Assembly: GCA_044892505.1 (NCBI GenBank)
Contig: CM097884.1
Location: forward strand, 29,760,001 to 29,824,000
Direction: 5' to 3'
DNA length: 64,000 bases
Origin: Schmidtea nova
Taxonomy: Eukaryota
Shown: one piece after another, positions 54,601 to 61,344 of the stretch
How positions within the stretch are numbered: position 1 is the stretch's first letter
Layout of the letters: the number at the start of each line of letters is the position of its first letter
Translations under genes and position numbers: made by a program
The notes under the pieces: generated by a model
What the model was told of the DNA's origin: nothing
What the model saw: the letters and a program-made list of their open reading frames with translations, nothing else
Databases searched by the model: none

Positions 54601-57600
54601 ATATAGTGGTGAATGGTGCCGAGAAATTAAGCATGAAAGTGAAATGTTTGAAACAGAGAAATCAGTTTACTCAACAACGATCATATCATCAGATGAAGAC
54701 ATTAAATATTGCTCAGTTGAAATACAATTCGAAGAAACAAAGTCTCGCAACATAGAATCTGGCTACGAAATCAAGTCAACAATGAAAGAATGTTACAGCG
54801 AAACAGAGGTAAATAAAATAAATTCATTTTTACAAAAAATGTCACTTAATCACTGCCTAAAATCTATTATGATATTTTTTAAGATCACTAAATTACTAAT
54901 TATTTTTAATAATTTTTTCATGTAAATATATGATTTTTATATTTTATCATGAAACTTTATTATATCTTTTTTTATTTTATTTTGTTCATGCGATGACAAC
55001 GGTTTTCATCATAATATTCTTTGCAAATTTTGTATTTTTTTCTTTTATAATTTTTCTTTTTTTTCTTTTATAATTTTTCTTTAGGCGTCCGTCGAAGGAA
55101 TTCATAGTTACAAATTAAATAAATAACATTATAAAAATTTTTCAATCATTGAAATACTTTTAATACGTTATATATAAATCTGATTCCGTGTATTATTTTT
55201 TTATAATGGATGAAGTGTCACTTACACCGAAAAGAATTTTCATCTCGTAGGTTTAGTAACATACACGATATTCAATAGGTTATAAATATTCAAAGAGGTT
55301 ATTAAAATTGGTCAAGTGCAAAAGAGTAAGTTATTGAAAAAAAATTGAAATAACTTAAATATCAATAGAAATTGTTTTTTAAGAATTATTGATGAATAAA
55401 TTAAAATCCCCTTGAACTTAACCATAGTCATTGAGGATAGTTAATTAATTTTTTATGTCTTATCTGTCGCATTATTATTATTTCATTTTTTATTGTGTTC
55501 ATAGTTTTATAAAATAATATTATTTTATCGATTATTAAATTTTGATATTTAAAGATAATTTAACATTTAGTCTTTATTGTTTTAATCATTATTTTCTTTT
55601 TAAAAATAATTCGCGGGTTATCAATTTTTTTTCCGACTGAATCTGAATGGCAATGAGAAAACACATGAAATACGTAGATATAATTTTTAATTGTGAATAT
55701 CTGAAATTGAGTGGCAATCGGGGTGTTTGTCGAAGTATAAATTGAATACGGTTTTGGTAGATTTTAAAAACTATATATTTCTTTAAATCAATTTTTGATT
55801 TTAATTTTTTTATTGTTTAATTTTTAATTTTTCACTGTTTTTCGTTGAAATTTTTATTTTATTCAGCATTTTTTCATCCGTTTTCTTTCTCTAATGCGTT
55901 TGAAATTCATTTTTTTTTATTAATTCAAGTAATTATATATTTTTATAGTTAAATTTTTATTATTTCTTTTTTGAGAATGCACTGAATTTTTATCTAATTA
56001 TTTTAATTCGTAGATCTGTTTACTTTAATAAATAAATTTATTTGCATTTTTTAATTCAAATTTTTTATATAATCATTTTTCTGTTCATTTTTTTAACTAT
56101 AAAGGCATTTTGTATCTTTACTTTTATAGATAAAATATGATACATTCGAAATGGAAACAACATTTGAAAATCAACGAAGAGATTCAGCTATTCAAGTTAA
56201 CTATCGTTCTAAAACTTCAGATTTTACTCAGATGTTTGATGTATCTTCAACTGAAAATTCTGATACTGATTCTATTTTAACTAAGAGTGCTGAAGGTTTC
56301 TTAGAATTATCTGATCATTCTATGTCTGATGCAGATGATCTTGAATGGGCTGAAGTTGGTCTCGACCTAAATATTCTGCCAATTAATATTTCTACTCAAA
56401 CTGAAGATGAAATTGATTTTATTATGCAATATATTAAAACAACAACAAATTCAGAAATTATTAGAACAATTAAAGAATTAGTTTATGAAAATCTTGATCG
56501 GGCTGATGTGTCCATTGGAACCAGTTTTGATTTATCCTTTTTAGATTTCTTCCTTTCTTCGTTTGGGTTAGATCAAATTATAAATCGGTTAAGGTCATTA
56601 AGATACTTTGTTGATGAAATTCAAAATACTGATCTAAATCTCAGTCGATCTGTTGCTATTCAGTCTGAACTCAAAGAACTTTTAAATGTTGGAACATCTT
56701 GTTCTTTGAAAGATAATTATTGCAGTAATCATGATATTGGAGTTTCAACTGACTGTGAAGATTTTTATTCTTGTTTTAATATATACGAAGAAGACTCTGA
56801 GTTGTCTTTAATCCTTAAATCCGATTATCAAAATATTAAACAAAATAGTATTGGTGAAACTCAAACATCTTTAATTGAATTTAGATCTACAGGAATTCAA
56901 ACTATTTCGTCACTTAGAGAACATACTTCTATTTTATCAGCAGTTGATATTCCGTTTGACACCATTTCAGAATCTTTCGTTCGGGAATCTTTCATGGAAA
57001 GTATCGACGATTCTATTTCTAAAGTAGAATTTTATCGAGGAACTAATTGTGGAAAAATAATATCTGATGAAGAAACTCAAACAGAACTAGATAATCGAAG
57101 TTGTGGTGTTCAAATTTCATTTGAAGATCTTGATTTGCCTGAGGTTATTTCAAATTTCGATCGTTTCGAAAATAGTCGATGGATTAGAGAGTCTCAATTT
57201 ACTGAAAGTTTTTATACTCATGAATCTAATATCTTTACAAATATAGTACATTTACCTGATTCTTCTCTTAGAGTAGACGATGAAACTCAAACTAAATTTG
57301 GTTATACCAGATCAATAGCATCCCAAACAATGACAATAGATCTTACTGAACCATATTGGCAAGAAACTATTTCACGATTTGAGAATTATTTTTCGTTCTC
57401 TGTGCAAAATCAAGATATCTTAATATTTCCAAAATCGGATAAATCCCCGTGTTCTCAAACGGATTCGGTTTATCTCAAAGAATGCATTAGTGATTCTAGC
57501 ATGGTTGAATGGACTGAAAAAACAGAAACAACTGAGATTTATCATCCTATTATTAATGAGCCCTTAAAAGATACTGTTACGAAACTTACAGAAAGCTTTG

Positions 57601-60600
57601 ATGAAGATGAAATAACAGAAATACATACAAGAGAAGTCAATGTATTTGAAGAAGAAACATTTGAAACGTACTCCAGAGTAACTGAATCTTCCCAGACAGA
57701 TCCATTTTTTGAAGAAGCAGAATCCATGTTTGATCAAGACTATAACAGGTATTCTAATAGTTTTAACCTTCATGTTTTGCTACTTATTGTAATATTTGTT
57801 GGCGACGCTCTGATATGGGTCACCCGATTTTCAAAAAAATAATTAAATAAAAAATAATTAATTAAATAAAAAATAATTAATTAAAATAATTAATTAATTA
57901 AAATTAATTAATTATATTTAATTAATAATTAAATTAATAATAATTANNNNNNNNNNNNNNNNNNNNNNNNNNNNNNNNNNNNNNNNNNNNNNNNNNNNNN
58001 NNNNNNNNNNNNNNNNNNNNNNNNNNNNNNNNNNNNNNNNNNNNNNNNNNNNNNNNNNNNNNNNNNNNNNNNNNNNNNNNNNNNNNNNNNNNNNNNNNNN
58101 NNNNNNNNNNNNNNNNNNNNNNNNNNNNNNNNNNNNNNNNNNNNNNNNNNNNNNNNNNNNNNNNNNNNNNNNNNNNNNNNAATATTAAATAATAATAAAT
58201 AATAATTAAATAATAATAATTAATAATAATTAAATAATAATTATTAAATTAATAATTATTAAATTAATAATAATTTAATTAATAATAATTTAATTAATTA
58301 ATTAAAATAATTAATTAAAATAATTTTAAAAAATAATTAATTAAGTAATTTGGTTATGTTTTAATTTTGGTTTCATTTTAATTTAAATTTAATTAATTAT
58401 TTTTTTGAAAATCGGGTGACCCATATCAGAGCGTCGCCTATTTGTTTATCTAATATTATAATTCCCTTGATATGTATGTCATTCTGTTTCTGATTCACTA
58501 GAATTATTTAAAATTAAGAAAACATGAATTTTACCAAAGCATTATTTTAATCTACATGAAATTTTGATATTAGTGGTTCTGGAGCGGAAAGCAGCCTCAT
58601 TAATATGCAATATGAGCTGATATAATAATATTTTTAAATAAGTAATATTTTATATTGATACAAACATCTTTTAAAATATCCAGCAAGAAGTAAGAAGTCA
58701 ATTGGAAAGAAATTCTTATTGGAGTGGTCAGGATCTTTTTAAGATCGAAATATTCTATTAAATAAACATGGCGAAGAAAGACTTAACACTTTTACCTTAT
58801 TATTTTAAATAAACTCCGCTAACGACAAAACAGTGCGTAATTATGAAAATTATGAATATAAATAAAACGAGATCAAAGGTGAAACCAAAATATAATTATT
58901 ATATTTTAATATTGAATAATTATACTTTTACGTGGTGCGCCCAATAAGTCGTGAGACTAAAATAAAAAGACTTAAGATATTAACACAAAACTTTGTATTT
59001 AGAACAAGCATGGTAAATAGGCATCATTTCTCAAAATAATTTATTTCTGCACTGACACAATTTTCCCAGCGAATAACGAGGTTTTCGAAGGCGTTTTTGA
59101 AGAATTCTGGAGGCTTTACTCCCAGAAAACTCTCCACGGCTGCTCTCAAATCATGTTTGTTGGCAAACACCTGGCCCCGCAGATGCTTCTTAAGATGGTT
59201 AAACAGGAAAAATCGGAGGGAGCCAAATCGGGGCTGTATGGTGGATGGGGAAGCAAATTGAGCCTGCAGCGCTCAATTTTGGCCATGGAAACGCTGCTGG
59301 TGTGGATGGGAGCATTATCGTGTAGAAAATAGAGATCACGTACTCTGATCTTGCGTTGTGCCTTCCTTGCTTGCTGCACGATGTTGGAGTAGTAAGAACT
59401 ATTGATCTTCACGCCGGATTCAGCAAAGCCAGTCAGAATAATGTCATTGGTGTCCCAAAACACCGTCAACATGAGAGCCTTTTGGTGGCAAGTTGAGGAC
59501 CGCATTTTCAGTGAGCTGCTTTCTCCTGGCAGTTTCCATTCTTGAGACTCTCTTTTAGATTCGGGGACATAAAGGGACAACGGTGTCTCGTCCACAGTGA
59601 TGATATTATCAATGAAAAGATCTCCAACATTGGTCCTGATCTGCAGATTCTCCAAGCAGCATTCCAAGCGTCGTTGTCGCATTTCCACCGTTAAGAAGCG
59701 TGGCACAAAACGGGAACATAGTTTTCGAATATCACTTTCAGTGAGGAGAGTATGCACAGTGCCTTTGCTCACATTTAGACGGGTTGTGAGCTCTCTTGTC
59801 GTTATTTTTCTCTCGTTTTGCACGATTGTCTGCAGCTTTTGCGTTATTTTTTCATCAATTTCTGAGGGTCTTCCAGATCTTTCTTACTCCACCACGGAGG
59901 TTCTACCACTCTGAAAGTAATTGAACCAACGATAAATTGTTGCTGTGGATGGGCACTTTTGTTGGTAAACAGCTTTCAGTTCAGAAAGAACCTCTTTTCT
60001 ATTTTTTCCTTTCAGAAAGAGAAAGCGAATAACGCTACGGTATTGAATAGTTTCCAGAGGCATTTTTCGAATGTTCGCAAAAATATACTTAAACAATAAT
60101 GGATTATTAAAACAAAATACATTTTCTTTACCTATATATGTTGAAGTTTAAATATGTCTGTATCAATTTTTTACTATTATTATTTCTATATTAGTCTCAC
60201 GACTTATTGGGCGCACCACGTATGTGCAATTTAACAATTTTTTAGTAATAAATTTAGAAATTTATTACATTTAAAACTATTTTAATTCAATAATATTCAT
60301 ATTAATCTTTATAAGACTAGTTCAAAAATTTTTTGGTTATTAGGCACACGATATTTTGACACATCCTTTTATTAATTGTGTATATTTTCCATATATTTTT
60401 ATATATTTATATATTTAGACCACTTAAATTATTGATGAAAACTCATGAACGACAGTTCAATCTAACGGAAGTGATTGATTTTTCGCTACCATTGGATATC
60501 ACTCTCCAGCGAGTGTCTCATCCAAGAAATAAAACCAAAGTCTCTGACATTGACGTAGCGATTCATCGCGGATGGATAGATACACAGAAATCAATGTATT

Positions 60601-61253
60601 GTAATCCTTCTTCAGATGAAAAAATGCCTTTCGAAATGGCTTGGAGGACAAATAAAATAGAGATTTCAGAAAAAGTTTGTCCCAACAATAGAAGCTTTGG
60701 ATTGTATGTCGAAAAAACGATAACGAAAACTGAAAAACTTCGAATTAAAGATGTTCTTAATACGGAAACTGGAGATTTGTATGACGAAACATTAGCAAGA
60801 GATCAAGGTTTATTAATGGATAATGGATCATTTTTCGATAAACAGGCGAAAAAAGAAATAAATTTCGAAATGGCTCTTCTTAATCATTATATTGAAGTTC
60901 ATAAAGATACAGAGATCATTAATTTTTTCGAAAATGACAAAAAGTTTTTTAAAATCAATTTTGTCTTTGATAAAGAAACTGGAGAATCTTTTGATTTTCA
61001 CACAGCGTCAGAAAGAGGATTAGTGAATATTCTTAATTCAACTTTCAAAGACACTGAGAGAAGATGTGATATAAAATTTGAAGAGGCTGTTCAAAGAGGA
61101 ATACTCGAAATAGAAAGGATACATTCAATCAATAATTTCTTTTTCCTCCATAAAACTAGTGACAATGTTATTGAAAGAGAACGATTGTTCAGTTCCGAAT
61201 CTTGTGCATCGAAATCTCAGTCAATTCAATCGACAGAGTATTTTAGAATGTAA
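1..61253 (+). CDS. Spliced giant repetitive protein gene, 5' part outside window: 45+ near-identical 324-aa acidic repeat exons, a TQT-motif-rich exon and a C-terminal plectin/plakin-repeat-like exon; >=~15,600 aa in window
   Basis: Every repeat exon is bounded by tttag|ATTAAA and GAG|gtaaat in phase 0. The last repeat joins 56130 in phase 0 (tttatag|ATAAAA). 57748 AG|gtattc joins 60419 tttag|A in phase 2, rebuilding an AGA codon. Stop TAA at 61251-61253. No exonic stop or indel anywhere. Confidence 0.8.
646..876 (+). other. Representative 231-nt GT-AG phase-0 intron of the repeat unit (232 nt in some copies)
   Basis: Starts gtaaat, ends gttttcttgtgtttag; T-rich, in-frame stops, sharp compositional switch from the purine-rich exon. 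Confidence 0.88.
877..1848 (+). CDS. Repeat exon copy 1 (324 aa, IKSENIATETG...KECYSETE)
   Basis: AG/GT bounded, 972 nt, no stop; variants FMY, DQV, HEN. Confidence 0.82.
2080..3051 (+). CDS. Repeat exon copy 2
   Basis: Same splice sites; variants FMY, DQV, ATK, HEN. Confidence 0.82.
3283..4254 (+). CDS. Repeat exon copy 3
   Basis: Same splice sites; variants DML, KSC. Confidence 0.82.
4486..5457 (+). CDS. Repeat exon copy 4
   Basis: Same splice sites; variants DML, DIS, TIV. Confidence 0.82.
5689..6660 (+). CDS. Repeat exon copy 5
   Basis: Same splice sites; variants FMH, AVD. Confidence 0.82.
6892..7863 (+). CDS. Repeat exon copy 6
   Basis: Same splice sites; variants FMH, AVD, EIM. 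Confidence 0.82.
8096..9067 (+). CDS. Repeat exon copy 7
   Basis: Same splice sites; variants FMH, IVK, EIM. Confidence 0.82.
9300..10271 (+). CDS. Repeat exon copy 8
   Basis: Same splice sites; variants FMH, ESL, EIM, HEI. Confidence 0.82.
10503..11474 (+). CDS. Repeat exon copy 9
   Basis: Same splice sites; variants FMH, EVC, EIL. Confidence 0.82.
11707..12678 (+). CDS. Repeat exon copy 10
   Basis: Same splice sites; variant FMH. Confidence 0.82.
12910..13881 (+). CDS. Repeat exon copy 11
   Basis: Same splice sites; variant FMH, silent aag>aaa. Confidence 0.82.
14113..15084 (+). CDS. Repeat exon copy 12
   Basis: Same splice sites; consensus protein. Confidence 0.82.
15317..16288 (+). 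CDS. Repeat exon copy 13
   Basis: Same splice sites; consensus protein. Confidence 0.82.
16520..17491 (+). CDS. Repeat exon copy 14
   Basis: Same splice sites; variant PLD, silent agc>agt. Confidence 0.82.
17723..18694 (+). CDS. Repeat exon copy 15
   Basis: Same splice sites; consensus protein. Confidence 0.82.
18926..19897 (+). CDS. Repeat exon copy 16
   Basis: Same splice sites; silent agc>agt. Confidence 0.82.
20129..21100 (+). CDS. Repeat exon copy 17
   Basis: Same splice sites; silent agc>agt. Confidence 0.82.
21332..22303 (+). CDS. Repeat exon copy 18
   Basis: Same splice sites; consensus protein. Confidence 0.82.
22535..23506 (+). CDS. Repeat exon copy 19
   Basis: Same splice sites; consensus protein. 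Confidence 0.82.
23738..24709 (+). CDS. Repeat exon copy 20
   Basis: Same splice sites; consensus protein. Confidence 0.82.
24941..25912 (+). CDS. Repeat exon copy 21
   Basis: Same splice sites; consensus protein. Confidence 0.82.
26145..27116 (+). CDS. Repeat exon copy 22
   Basis: Same splice sites; consensus protein. Confidence 0.82.
27349..28320 (+). CDS. Repeat exon copy 23
   Basis: Same splice sites; variants IRT, RVE. Confidence 0.82.
28553..29524 (+). CDS. Repeat exon copy 24
   Basis: Same splice sites; variant KEP. Confidence 0.82.
29757..30728 (+). CDS. Repeat exon copy 25
   Basis: Same splice sites; consensus protein. Confidence 0.82.
30961..31932 (+). CDS. Repeat exon copy 26
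   Basis: Same splice sites; variants IRT, RVE. Confidence 0.82.
32165..33136 (+). CDS. Repeat exon copy 27
   Basis: Same splice sites; consensus protein. Confidence 0.82.
33369..34340 (+). CDS. Repeat exon copy 28
   Basis: Same splice sites; variant KPK, silent gtt>gtc. Confidence 0.82.
34573..35544 (+). CDS. Repeat exon copy 29
   Basis: Same splice sites; consensus protein. Confidence 0.82.
35777..36748 (+). CDS. Repeat exon copy 30
   Basis: Same splice sites; variant DRK. Confidence 0.82.
36981..37952 (+). CDS. Repeat exon copy 31
   Basis: Same splice sites; variant DRK. Confidence 0.82.
38185..39156 (+). CDS. Repeat exon copy 32
   Basis: Same splice sites; variant RVE. Confidence 0.82.
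39389..40360 (+). CDS. Repeat exon copy 33
   Basis: Same splice sites; consensus protein. Confidence 0.82.
40593..41564 (+). CDS. Repeat exon copy 34
   Basis: Same splice sites; variant EEA. Confidence 0.82.
41797..42768 (+). CDS. Repeat exon copy 35
   Basis: Same splice sites; variants MSN, YCL. Confidence 0.82.
43001..43972 (+). CDS. Repeat exon copy 36
   Basis: Same splice sites; variants MSN, YCL. Confidence 0.82.
44205..45176 (+). CDS. Repeat exon copy 37
   Basis: Same splice sites; variants MSN, YCL. Confidence 0.82.
45409..46380 (+). CDS. Repeat exon copy 38
   Basis: Same splice sites; variant MSN. Confidence 0.82.
46613..47584 (+). CDS. Repeat exon copy 39
   Basis: Same splice sites; variant MSN. 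Confidence 0.82.
47817..48788 (+). CDS. Repeat exon copy 40
   Basis: Same splice sites; variants MSN, LDF. Confidence 0.82.
49021..49992 (+). CDS. Repeat exon copy 41
   Basis: Same splice sites; variant MSN. Confidence 0.82.
50225..51196 (+). CDS. Repeat exon copy 42
   Basis: Same splice sites; variants MSN, YCL. Confidence 0.82.
51429..52400 (+). CDS. Repeat exon copy 43
   Basis: Same splice sites; variant MSN. Confidence 0.82.
52633..53604 (+). CDS. Repeat exon copy 44
   Basis: Same splice sites; variant MSN. Confidence 0.82.
53837..54808 (+). CDS. Repeat exon copy 45 (last)
   Basis: Same splice sites; variant MSN; followed by a diverged, longer intron. Confidence 0.82.
54809..56129 (+). 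other. Unique 1321-nt phase-0 intron after the last repeat
   Basis: gtaaat...cttttatag; very AT/T-rich; first ~70 nt are a diverged version of the array intron. Confidence 0.75.
56130..57748 (+). CDS. Penultimate exon (~540 aa), acidic Ser/Thr-rich, with many TQT/IQT/SQT-like motifs
   Basis: Acceptor 21 nt (7 codons) upstream of the ORF-track ATG, in frame (IKYDTFE-METT); donor AG|gtattc in phase 2. Confidence 0.78.
57801..58438. mobile_element. Non-autonomous TIR element (MITE/foldback-like; GG termini and 8-bp TSD resemble the Merlin superfamily)
   Basis: 46-bp perfect TIR ggcgacgctctgatatgggtcacccgattttcaaaaaaataattaa at 57801-57846 and its reverse complement ending at 58438; TSD tatttgtt at 57793-57800 and 58439-58446. 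Confidence 0.88.
57947..58180. other. Assembly gap (234 N) within almost pure A/T low-complexity sequence
   Basis: Run of N flanked by aattaat/aataat-type repeats. Confidence 0.99.
58931..60220 (-). mobile_element. Full-length Tc1/mariner-superfamily mariner (DD34D) element, 1290 bp
   Basis: 30-bp perfect TIRs cgtggtgcgcccaataagtcgtgagactaa (58931-58960, 60191-60220); TA on both flanks; transposase inside. Confidence 0.97.
59024..60063 (-). pseudogene. Mariner transposase pseudogene (~346 aa when reconstructed)
   Basis: N-terminal HTH region (YRSVIRFLFLKG...TIYRWF), FVPRFL, TVDET, HDNAPIH, HPPYSPDLAPSD with 34 residues between the 2nd and 3rd Asp. In-frame TAA at 59884-59886 and a 1-nt frameshift just after SDF. 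Confidence 0.95.
60419..61253 (+). CDS. Terminal exon with three plectin/plakin-repeat-like modules
   Basis: Acceptor atatttag|A in phase 2. Modules such as IKDVLNTETGDLYDETLARDQGLL...EINFEMALLNHYI and INFVFDKETGESFDFHTASERGLV...IKFEEAVQRGIL fit the D-x-x-TG...EA-x-x-x-GLI plectin-repeat pattern. Confidence 0.78.
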
Positions 61254-61338
61254 AAATATAATTCAGTAAAACTATGAATTTTATAACTAAATTATGACAT
61301 TTTCTATCTATTTTATTTGTAATTTCTCTTAAATTTTT

Positions 61339-61344
61339 AATAAA
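61339..61344 (+). terminator. Candidate polyadenylation signal AATAAA of the giant gene
   Basis: First AATAAA ~85 nt after the stop, followed by T/GT-rich sequence; the AT-rich context lowers specificity. Confidence 0.5.

Larger units (their letters stand above)
1..54880 (+). repeat. Tandem array of a 1203/1204-bp exon+intron unit, 45 full copies plus a partial first copy, near-identical
   Basis: ORF starts recur at 1203 or 1204 bp spacing from 919 to 53879. Copies differ by a few substitutions and one T in an intronic T-run (gagtcatttt[t]agaact). Confidence 0.99.

Noticed and set aside
1-54880. CRISPR array, rDNA or non-coding satellite
   Set aside because: No unique spacers and no rRNA motifs; 81% of each unit is an intact reading frame with splice sites.
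919-54925. 45 independent 344-aa genes as listed in the ORF track
   Set aside because: They start at TTG. The frame is open 14 codons further upstream to an AG acceptor, and the last 34 residues (VNKINSFLQ...) are read-through into T-rich intron after a GT donor.
57749-57842. C-terminal transmembrane anchor (LHVLLLIVIFVGDALIWV) on the 563-aa ORF
   Set aside because: It lies after a good phase-matched donor and is made of T-rich intron plus the MITE TIR, so it is most likely chance read-through.
59597-59914. 105-aa plus-strand ORF within the mariner, and the 99-aa minus-strand ORF at 63289-63588
   Set aside because: Antisense shadows of the transposase and the pPolB respectively.
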